A DNA stretch of 64,000 nt from Paraspadella gotoi. Lineage: Eukaryota > Animalia > Chaetognatha. The stretch spans positions 11,881,180 through 11,945,179 of the forward strand of contig CM119266.1 in the NCBI GenBank assembly GCA_051294375.1, read 5' to 3'. The notes beneath the pieces were generated by a model that ran no database searches, was not told where the DNA came from, and worked only from the letters and a program-made list of their open reading frames with translations. A program made the translations under genes and the position numbers. Positions 52,600-64,000 of this stretch are shown here, in pieces; position 1 is the first letter of the stretch, and every line of letters begins with the position of its first letter.

Positions 52600-52767
52600 A
52601 ATCTATTCGCCTCTCTCCTACGTCGAGTCGTAGGGGTGGCGTTGAATGTCGTCATCGTTTACTCTTTAACTTTTTTTCCGTCATCAGACCTCCCTATATT
52701 TTTCTCCAACTACATCTCTCGCTCCCATATTCACTCTCTCTCTCCTCTCTCTCTCTCCTCCTCTCTC

Positions 52768-52799
<32 letters not shown>

Positions 52800-53383
52800 T
52801 CTTTCTCTCTCTCCTCTCTCTCTCTCTCTCTCCTCTCACTCATTCTCTCCTGTCTCTCTCCTACCTCTCGTCCCGGATACCGATCTCAGTCTGCTTATGA
52901 TTAGTTTTTTCTAATCTTACTATTTTTTATATTTTTAACACAATCCATTCAGTCAACTTCTAATTTCTGAATTTTTTCTCTCAGAGGTTATATGAACAGC
53001 TTTTATCCCATAGAGTTGTTAAAAAAAAGTTACATCGATTTTTTTATCCGTTTTAAGCCGCATAAATTTTTGCGAACAAATTTACATTTGTTTGGAGATT
53101 AAAGTCGAAAAGAATTCATGATGAGAATTACAAATTTTTGCCCTCGTGCTAACTTACCCAAATCAAGCCCAAATCACTCTCCCTGTCTCTCACTCACCCC
53201 CACTTTGTCCCCGCAGAGTTTTTGTCCAATTTCGTCCCTGTCAACTCCCCTCCACTTTTTTTTTCAATTTTTTTCTCTCTTCTTCTCTCTTTCCTCCTTT
53301 GTCTCATTTCAATCTCCCCGGTCTTATCTCTAATTTTTTCTCCTTTCTCATTTTTTCCCCCTCAAAGTCTCTCGCTCTCTCTT

Positions 53384-53454
<71 letters not shown>

Positions 53455-55045
53455 GCTCTCTTTTCATTTCGTACATTCGGTCTGATTCTCGTTTTGTCTG
53501 GCGACAGTCTCCGTCTCACCAGAGTCTCTTTTCCCCCATTTTCCCCCTTTCGCGTCCATCCTTACCCACCTTCCTCCTCTTCCCACCCACCTCCTCTCTC
53601 ACCCCATCTTCCCACCCCACCTCCCTCCCTCACCCTCTCGGTGACAATCTTTCCGACCCGCCTACCTCATTTCTTCTCCATCTTTGCCCCAAATTAATTT
53701 CTGCCTTTAGGCTTCCCAAATCAATTACTTCTCTCTTTTCCGGCGAATCGTTTGCGTTTTGACTCTAATTGCATCAGTTGTTCTTTCGCCCCCGAAACGA
53801 AATAATTCTCATCGTTTCTCTCCGATCCTTTTTCCCCACTTTTTCCCCCTTTGACTGTTTCCTTTTCCCATTAACCCGTCAACTGACCCACTCATTCCCC
53901 ACATCTCCCCTTTTCCTCCCTCCTTCCTCTTTTCTTTAATCCCTCAGTCCCGAACCGCTAGACTCTTATCTCTAAAACGGAAAACTCTCCGCCTCCGTCC
54001 TCAAAAGAACCCAGAACCACTTAAACCACCGCCCCCCACCCCCGATCCCTCTTTAAAAAAACCACCTGTCCACTCTCCACCCTCCCCCCATCCTCCGCAT
54101 TCCTCCGAATCATCTGACTCGATGGCCGTAATATTTGCCGATCATGTGGGGCTTTCGCAGAGTCGAAGCAGGGATTCGTCCTCTCTCCTCTTCTTCTCTC
54201 CTTCTCATCCTCTTTCTCCTCATTTCGTTTATCCTCCTCCTCCTCCTCCTTCCTATTTTCTCCCCCCGCATCTTCCTCCTCCTCCTACTCCTACTCCTCG
54301 TTAACTTACCCAAATTTGGCTGCTGCTCGACCCTGGGCCAGGCATGCGAAAATCCACGAAACAGGTTGTAGCTCTTTTTTTTTTTAAAGGTTCAATTCGC
54401 TGACGGCGAATTACGGACTTTTAATCCTCCGACGTCGTAACCATTTTTTTTTTAAATCGTCTTCGTAAAACCGATCGACGGTTTTTTTTAACTTCATTCT
54501 CACTTTCGCCGTTTTTTTTTTATTTTTTGCTATTATTTAAAAAAGAATTTTTTTTTACATCTCTCTCGCAAAAAAGCTGCATTTTATCGTCAACGTTGCA
54601 TCGTTCGAAAAATCGCGTAGACCATTTTGTCCGTTTTCACGACTTAACGTTTTTTTCACCGGCGAAAATATATTTTTATATCTTACCGTATTTTTACCAA
54701 AATGAGGGACGTCTATTGAAATTTATTTTATTCGGACATTCTTTTCGAACGTTTGTTATGTCGACGACCACAGCGACGAATTAGATTTTAAATGCTCAAT
54801 TTTTTAACCAAAAACTAGTATTTTTCATTTCAAAACATCGCCTTTCTTCGACAATCTGCATATTTCAGCAATTGCCAATCCTACAGTTCCGTTATCAATC
54901 AACGTAAAGCGCATCAAGAACATCCATTCCAATTTACATCAACTCTACTAAGACACTTTGACCGATGGAACCACTTTCACTCGCGCGCCGACGGGCGTCT
55001 TAATTAGGTGTCGTTTCAACTTTTTATTTCTCTTCTTGTGTTTTC

Positions 55046-55086
<41 letters not shown>

Positions 55087-55562
55087 TACCCTAATCGAAT
55101 TAATTCAAAAAGAAAAAGATTGGCGTGAAAAATCTTTAATGCTGACAAATGGTTGCGAGAGGGCGGCGGCAGTGGTGGCGGCGGCGGCGGCACTCCCTTG
55201 GACGATTAATATTTATCGCCAAAGACCTTCTCTCACTTATACATATTTATATATTCTTGAAGACGGATCTTNNNNNNNNNNNNNNNNNNNNNNNNNGCGG
55301 AGAAGACATTTTTTTTGACGGCGGCGCGGAAAGGATTTAGTTAAATTTGTCTCCCTCTCTTTCGCTTCTCTCTCTCCTCCTCTCTCTCCTCTCTCTTTTC
55401 ATTCATGCCCCCATTCTAAAAATAAGCTTCACCCCCAAAAAAAGTGGAGTGAGTGAAGGGGAAGGTTTCTCGCGTCCAAGCCGCCCGAATTGATTGCTCC
55501 TTCCAACAAGATTTCGCTCAATTTCATTCTCGCGCCTCTTCAGATTCAGACTTAGCGGTAAG

Positions 55563-55595
<33 letters not shown>

Positions 55596-55606
55596 CTCTC
55601 TCTCTC

Positions 55607-55637
<31 letters not shown>

Positions 55638-55664
55638 CTGCTCTCTCTCGCTCTCTCTCTCTCT

Positions 55665-56042
55665 CGCTGCTCGCATAATCTTCTCGTACGAAAAAGCGCT
55701 ATACAGCGCAATCTTTCCGACAACTAACAACATAAAATTCCCATTACAAACCTCGAAACCACCAAAATAATAAATGAGCTCAAAAGATAAAAGAAGCCAA
55801 TGAGAAGTTTATTTTCTCTTTGTTTTTAAATCTCCTGCCGATTTCCAGTGCATGCAGAGAGAGACAGACAGAGAGAGAGAGACAGACAGAGAGAGAAGAG
55901 AGAGAGAGAGATGAAGAGAGATGATGGAGAGAGAGAGAGAGAGAGAGATAGAGATGAGACGAGAGAGAGCGGGATGGACGTTTCGGGTTGCGTTCGACCT
56001 TCTTTAGCCCGATGTTTTTGACAAAGATAAATATTTTCGATG
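55665..56042 (+). repeat. Direct duplication (partner ~58105-58710)
   Basis: Colinear from CTCGCATAATC..CTCGTACGAAAA to CGTTTCGGGTTGCG..CGACCTTCTTTAGCC..TTTTTGACAAA. The partner contains a 317-N gap over the GA tract. Confidence 0.9.
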
Positions 56043-57514
56043 ACGATATTCATCTCCCAAATCCTCCGCCCCGCGGGCGGCCTCTGGGCGCGTCCCCAGG
56101 GCCAGACTATTCGCAGGGAGCCAGCAAAAATGTCATTGGAGGGGGCGCCCCCTCTGGATTGCCTCAGGGGCCGCCCAGGGGGGTGATCCCCCTGGGGCCA
56201 AACATTTGTGAGTCTATTAGGGGCCCCCTAATGCTTAGCCCCCTGGGGCCAAAAAAAGTATTCGCCCCTGGGGGTAACCCCTTGGGGAGCAAAAACTTGC
56301 TCCCCCAGGGGCGAGTTAAAGAGAGAGCAAAGTTTAGATGAGAAAAATTACTTTCTGACTATGTTATTATATCTGAGAATATTTCTCCCTGTCTGTTACT
56401 CTCTTCTTTTCTCTTTTCCCTTTTTTTTTTCTCTTCTTTTTCTCCCCCTCTCTTTTCTTCATTCTCCTTCTTCTTTGTCTCTCTCTCTTTTTTTCTTCTT
56501 TTCAAGACTGTTATGTAACTGAATTAAATATACATTTTTCAAAATTATTGTTAACTCATTATTCCATATTTTATCTAAAAATTATAATATTTGTATTTTT
56601 TAATCCCAATTATATATTCCATTAAAAGATATAGAAACAAGTTTTAGCAAACCAATAATGATAGAGGATGTTTAGCCACAAAATTTATGGAGGTACGGGT
56701 AAAAAGCTACATCAGTCATTTAGTCTTTTTTTTTTTCTTTCTTTTTTTATTTTTTTTTTCTTGTCTTTTTTATGTGGACATGAATTACTGATAGGAACTG
56801 ATAGAAGAGACATAATTTTTTAAAAATATTCATAATTTGATGTTTAAAAAGAAATTAAAATAAGATTACCAAACAAATAATGGGCATGACTGACAAAGAC
56901 CTACTTAGTGAATTTTGGAGTCCCCCCAAAAAATAACAATAAAAACTATTCATCAACATAACGAGTTCTTACATCGTTCAAAATAAATTTTTTTTTATTT
57001 AATTTTTGTAATTAATAATCGAGTCAGTTTGTAGAATGCTTAAGAATGAAACTCACGTTGTTAAAAGTAGAGGGCTGACGAGGATTGATGAGAGAGAGTG
57101 AAAAACTTATATATCTAGCTCAATCACATACTTCTACCCACACACAACATTTATTCCAATCCATCTATTTAATCGACGAATAATTGGTTTAATGCTTAAT
57201 ATGGGATGACTTAAAGACTGATATTAATTAATTAATCAATTAATATTTCTTTAATTATTATTTTTTATAAGGTGAATATAAATTAAACCTTCCTACTATT
57301 TATTCTATTATTTAACAATTTCATAGATAATTAAGATAAAATTTGTCCTGGGGAAGAAAAGTGCTGCAAGTGAAAAGTGAGTTTTAAGTTAAAAACAAAA
57401 GTAACTTTTACATGAACATTATTTAAAAAAATTGTTGTTGTATGTACTCTTTTTCTCTTCTTTTTTTTATTTCTATCGGAATAAAATGATTAATTAGCTA
57501 ATTAGTTAAGTGAT

Positions 57515-57965
57515 TGTTGACCAAATTAATTATTTGACCAAATTATCCAAGTTGTCCCAAATATTTAAGTTGACCCAAATTATGCCAAGTTGACCCAAAT
57601 TATGACTGTTGACAAATCTATGCAATGACCAAATCTACTTGCAAGTTGACCAATTATGCGAGTTTGTATTGATATAAAAATGATTAAATTATAAAAGTTT
57701 TACTAAATATAATTTACCAATTATGAAAGTTTATTAAATTATTAAAGTTTACCAAAATTATGAAAGTTAGCAAAATTATGAGGTTAACCAATTACGCAAG
57801 TTAACGTAAAGTATAAAAAAATTACAAAATTATAAAGTTTACCAAATTATAAAAAGTTTACCAAATTTTAAAAGTTGATTAAATTTATCAGTTGACCAAT
57901 TTATGTCAGTTGAACAAATTATGTCATTTGACTAAATTATGCAAGGTGACCAAATTATGCAAGTT
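57515..57965 (+). repeat. Degenerate ~18-21-bp tandem repeat
   Basis: Many diverged units of consensus GTTGACCAAATTATGCAA / AGTTTACCAAATTATAAA. Confidence 0.85.
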
Positions 57966-59016
57966 GGTAGTGGTGCAAGCTATTGTCTGATTGATTAATT
58001 GAAGTGAAAAATATTTTTGTATTTTTATATTTCTTGTAATTGAAAGATGAAAATAGAAAAATAGATAGAGAAAGAGAGAGAGAGAGAGGGAGAGAAAAGA
58101 GAGTCGCTGTCTCGCATAATCTCTCGTACGAAAAGGCTAACGCGCAATCTTTCCACAACTAACAACATTAAAATGCCATCTACAAACTCGAAATCCCACA
58201 AAATAATAAGATGAGCTCAAAAGATAAAAGAAGCAATGAGAGTTTTTTCTCTTGTTTTTAAATCTCTCTCGTTTCCATTGCATGAGAGAGAGACAGACAG
58301 AGAGAGAGAGNNNNNNNNNNNNNNNNNNNNNNNNNNNNNNNNNNNNNNNNNNNNNNNNNNNNNNNNNNNNNNNNNNNNNNNNNNNNNNNNNNNNNNNNNN
58401 NNNNNNNNNNNNNNNNNNNNNNNNNNNNNNNNNNNNNNNNNNNNNNNNNNNNNNNNNNNNNNNNNNNNNNNNNNNNNNNNNNNNNNNNNNNNNNNNNNNN
58501 NNNNNNNNNNNNNNNNNNNNNNNNNNNNNNNNNNNNNNNNNNNNNNNNNNNNNNNNNNNNNNNNNNNNNNNNNNNNNNNNNNNNNNNNNNNNNNNNNNNN
58601 NNNNNNNNNNNNNNNNNNNNNNNNNNNGAGATAGAGAGAGAGAGCGGTGGATCGTTTCGGGTTGCGTCGACCTTCTTTAGCCGAGTTTTTGACAAAATAT
58701 ATTTCGATTGCAACACAATAATAAAATTTAAAAAAAAAAGACCAAAAACAAGACAAAATATAAGAAAAAAAAAACCCCAAAAAATAAAGAAAGAAAAGGA
58801 CCACAAATCTCGCTAAGAGCGAATAAAAATAAATTTCTTTCGAATGAGAAGATAAAAAATAAATAATTAACGAAATAAATGACTGAGCGATGGACTGTAA
58901 ATAACTAGAAGCTAATCCAACCCAAACCCCAACCACACCCCCTCCTCACGAATGCCAACCCCCGAAAAAAAAAAGAACAAAATATGGTGACTTTAATTTG
59001 AAACGAGTTTGATTTC

Positions 59017-59079
<63 letters not shown>

Positions 59080-59519
59080 GACGTTGATGGTTCGGTCGAT
59101 CGAAGACGAAAAGGATCGAGTCCTTGGAAAATTTAACGAGTCAACGACTAAAGTTCACGCGGGATTTGGACGACGGGGAAAGACCCAAAAAAAGTCTCAA
59201 CTCGATATATTAATCACGATCGTCGTCATAGTCGTCGTCGACCTTCGAATTCTCGCCATCTCGACGATCGAATTTTTATTTAAACACGAGATTGTCGACA
59301 AGTCGACAAATCAGACAAATGGCGGTCGTTAAACCAATCAGTAAATTTATACAATTATTGTATCTGTCAAAATTTTTTCCCCAGTTCGCCCATTTCCCAA
59401 CATTAAAGAAAAAAAAACAATATTAGCTAGGGGTGCGGTTGTAAAACAATTTTATGGCCACGCTTTTGCGACTGAGCGATTTATATTAATCATTTGCGCG
59501 GTTAAAAAGTCGGCAATCA

Positions 59520-59646
<127 letters not shown>

Positions 59647-59814
59647 ACCGACAGACCCGCGCTCTCAATCAATTTCCCTCATAATTATCCCGTCGTCGTA
59701 ATTTAATTTCTAGACTGCGAGTCGCGGCGAAGGTTTTGAGCTGTAGCCCAGTTTAGTTTTGTTCTCTTGTTCTCTGGGATTCTTTTTTTTCTCTCTTTTT
59801 CACGGTAACTATTA

Positions 59815-60235
59815 CGATGACGATAATCAACATGATGATGAACGATGATATTCAAGGAGATGATATAATCAAGATGACTATCACAATGACGATGATAATC
59901 AAGATGACGATCGATGATATTCAAGGAGATGATATAATCAAGATGACTCTCACAATGACGATGATAATCAAGATGATGAACGATGATATTCAAGGAGATG
60001 ATATAATCTAGATGACTATCACAATGACGATGATAATCAAGATGACGATCGATGATATTAAAGGAGATGATATAATCAAGATGACTATCACAATGACGAT
60101 AATAATCAAAATGACGATCGATGATATTCAAGGAGATGATATAATCAAGATTACTATCACATTGACGATGATAATCAAGATGACGAACGATGATATTCGA
60201 GGAGATGATATAATCAAGATGACTATCACGATGAC
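59815..60235 (+). repeat. 69-bp minisatellite, 6 units
   Basis: TTCAAGGAGATGATATAATC recurs (with single-base variants) at 59851, 59920, 59989, 60058, 60127 and 60196, an exact 69-nt period. Confidence 0.95.
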
Positions 60236-61464
60236 TATAGCAATTACCATGATTATTACGATAGCTATCACGATGACAATCACGCTGACAATCTCGAAAA
60301 CGTTGTCATCAACAGATTCGCACAACTTTTAAACTCGCTTTTTTAAATAATTCTCCTTTTTTCACACAACAATTGTTTACAGAAAATCTATTCTTTTTTT
60401 TTCTTTCTTTTTTCTTTTTTTTTCGAAAATTTTTACTTTTGTCGACAAACGTATTTTCTTTTTTAATCTTTAACTTTGACTTTGAAAAAATAAATAGAAA
60501 TTTTTCTTCTTAAAAATAACAAACGTTTTCCTCGAACTCATCGTTAAAAAAGTTTGAAATATTTTTATTTTCGTCCCGCGAAAAATCGTGACGAAATAAT
60601 ATAGGAAAATTCTTTTTTTTAGTTAAATTTCATAATTTTTTTTTCTTTTCTTCTGTTTTGATTCTCGAGTCAAGACATTTTCCTTTTCTAGTTTCGGTGA
60701 AAGTTAATCGGGATCAAAACATCGAGGAAAGCAGCTTGATCCGAATAACCGGGATTCTTCCGATTCATTTTCTAATAAAATTCGTTACATCTTCAATTCC
60801 TTTTGTTCCGAACATAAAAAAAAAGAAATCAGTAAGATTTCGACTATAAATTATAACAACCGCGCATTATGGAATTTCTCTATTGCTCCTTTTCATTCGA
60901 AAATTTTTATTCTTAAAAATCGCCTTGTTTCCGCCTCTTTTTTTTAAACTTTTTTAATTTCAATTGAAATTCAGTTAAAATGACACTCTCCGAATCTAAA
61001 AGATAAATAAGAATTTATTTTCTGCGAATAATTTCGAAGCCATAAATTAGGCTCAATGGGCCCAAGAGGCCAATAGCACCCATAAAACAAGTGTTCAGAG
61101 GCCAATGAAACTTAAGGGCATGAGCAGTAACGACTTCATATTTCCCAGCGAAACAACATTTCGTTAATGATTCGAAGAGGAATAAAAAAAAATCACCGCA
61201 ATTAATTCGATCGTCGGGGAAAAATCCCGACAGAAGTAAGTAAGTAAGTAAGTATGAATTCATAGGTCATGGCTTTGATGTTTTGTTTTTCTTCTTCTTC
61301 TTTTTTGTTTTTTTTTTTTTTATTTTTTCTTAACTTTTTTTAACTTTCTTTCGGAGCTATGTCACCTTGAAGACCTAGAATTTTAGCGAACAGAACTCAT
61401 TCAAACAAAGATCGTGTGGTAAACAAATAAAAGAAAAATATTTTTCTCCTCTCTCTCTCTCTCC

Positions 61465-61558
<94 letters not shown>

Positions 61559-62426
61559 AGTAATTTTTCGTAACGCGCCTCAAATCTTAATTCATCCGCT
61601 TCTCCCGCTTCTCCTCGAGATTAACCTCGATGACCCATTTATTATTTCGTTTTTCTGTTTTCTTTTTTTTTTCTTATTCTTCTCATCTTCGATTCTTTTT
61701 TTTTGTTTTTCTGTTTTGGATTTCGAAATTCCGTCCAAAGGTTTTGTTTTTCACACCCACATACATAATCTTGAAACGAGAGAGAGGAATTTATTGTCTC
61801 TCGTAATGTGTTTATTTTTTTTTCGCTGTTTTTGTTTCTACTCGTTTTTTGTTTTGTTTTCGGTCTCTTCTCAATGAATCAATCGAAATCTGTTTGGCGC
61901 TGTCTCTTCCGACAAATATTTTTAACCATAATTATAAATCAAACGATGAAAAAAATTATGCTGTTACATTTGTAATATATAAAATACTAATGGGTAATTA
62001 CCACCGACAACTACGTAGATTGATTTGTTGGCCCTTGTGAAATGCTTACTCTTATTTCAATTTTAAAGTCACAACACATCACGCGACATCAATCCACTCC
62101 ACTCCACTCCACGCCACTCTACGCCACTTCACGCCATTCCACGCCGATCCTCACAGAAAACTCTGACTTTTTCCCTTTTTGTTCTCCAGGTGTTTTGATC
62201 GATTGTTCGTCTCAATTGAAAAATCAGGTCAGGATTTCTCTTTCAATTCAATATTTTTTCTTCCGTTGATTTATCGACGTACAACGATTCCCCTCTGGAG
62301 AAAAAGGGAAAGATAAATCTAAATCTTGCGCTTTTAAATCTGAAAACAAATCTTCGACTTTTTTTCTTATTTTCATTTTCTTAAGGTGAGACCAGATGCA
62401 GGGGAACGTTACCTCCCCTTTTTTCT

Positions 62427-62522
<96 letters not shown>

Positions 62523-63018
62523 ACACACCCCCTCTCTCTCCCTCTCTCTCTCTCCCATCTCTCTCTTTCAAAAACACCACCTTGGTCGGTCTGTGTTTTT
62601 TATCTCGCCAAGGCCGAAGGAAAGAAGAGAAAAGGAGATAAAGAAAAAGAACGAGACAGAGAGAGAGTCATTTCTGCAAATATGATAAGAATGAGTTGAG
62701 AATTTTATGTAAATGGGATCGGCGCTTGAAAATTATTCAACAAGGTGTTCTCTCCTCGCTGGTCGTTGACCAGAGGTCATATTAGGGGGGGACCTGGGGG
62801 AGGGAGACGGCGGCGAATTGCAGTCATTGATCCTGTAACGTAATTTGTATAAAAGTTGAACTCTCACAACATGTAATGATTACTGAATTTCGATAATGAC
62901 AAAATTTAATTTGCTTCTATAAAGGTCAATAACTTCAAGAATCCTCATTATTAAGCGGGAAAGGTAAAAAAGCAATAAAGTAGAATCGAAAGAAAATGTT
63001 AGAAGGTCAGTGACCCAA

Positions 63019-63118
<100 letters not shown>

Positions 63119-64000
63119 CGGCTCTACGGTTCGAAAGACGTCGACACGCCAGGTCGTAATGAAAGAGAAGTGTTGAAAGAGAGAGAGCGAGAGAATGTTT
63201 AGTGTTTACTCGCGGGATTAATCCGGTTTCAGAGAAAAAGTATTCTAAAGTCGCCAGGAAAGAGAATCTGGGTCGTAAGCTGCAGATTCCCGCTTGAAAA
63301 TATTGTTGAAACGAGGTCACGTAAATGGAAGCCGTGAAAGAGCGTGAAAGCACCTAGGGAAGCAGATGCAAGCTTGATAAAACGAGAGGAGCTTTTAAAC
63401 GCCTCTAGCTTGAAAATTTCCTAGAGCCGTTGACCTATGCAAGCTTGAATACATTTGGTCGCCCTTGAAAGCAATAGATAAGAGGACTTGACGATGCTTG
63501 CAAACTATGTACGTGGGGCCGTTACAAACGAATAAAAGAATGGTTAAGTAATAAGTAAGGAGCGGGTCCTCTTTGTGAAACCCCGAGATACGAAAAATTA
63601 AGCTAATTAATGGCATTGAATGGAGTGAAGGCTTTGCAGCCGTTTCCATCGCGACCTTGAAAGTTGTGGAGGAACAAAAACGACGGCGGCTCACAATTAT
63701 TGATTTGCTGGACTCGTCGATGGTGTAACAAAAAGTTCATTTCAGCTGAGCGCCATTTAGTGAGATTGTTCACGGAAACATATTTTTATATGTATGACAT
63801 TTTGTCAAATGAATTTTTTAATATGTTCAAAAAAGAGCTTAATTTAAGGCCGGTACAGATATTTAAAGGTAAAACCCCTAGTGAACCGGACATGGCGTGA
63901 AGACCTTGCTGAGAACCATGTTCGAAAAGAGAGAAAATCACACGAGAAGCTTAAAACTCTCAAAAAACTTGAAAGATAATTAAGTGGTCTCTTTCTCAAT

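Noticed and set aside
63200-63900. Protein-like fragments (e.g. KLINGIEWSEGFAAVSIATLKVVEEQKRR)
   Set aside because: Short, interrupted frames with no family motif or consistent splice sites that I can support.

Overview
Eukaryotic (invertebrate-like) genomic DNA. It is AT-rich, gene-poor and full of (CT)n/(GA)n and (GAC)n microsatellites; nearly all ORFs in the supplied track are translations of these repeats. The clearest genes are a tandem pair of two-exon paralogs on the minus strand (41905-41461 and 40502-40039). Each has a signal-peptide-like exon joined through a short phase-1 GT-AG intron to a divergent ubiquitin-fold domain lacking the C-terminal GG, so they appear to be secreted, non-conjugatable ubiquitin-like proteins. 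This is the most interesting signal in the window. Also present: a probable divergent C-type-lectin-like gene (~10025-10760, minus), a degenerate initiator-Met-type tRNA with a TAT anticodon, tRNA-Leu remnants (one ending in CCA), Helentron/DINE-like and foldback MITE-like elements, and four minisatellite arrays. Several local duplications, the largest ~5.8 kb, sit around N-gaps. They differ mostly by small indels and are probably partly gap-filling artefacts, so single-base details need read-level confirmation. No CRISPR array, rRNA or prokaryotic operon is supported. All calls were made by eye, without database searches.
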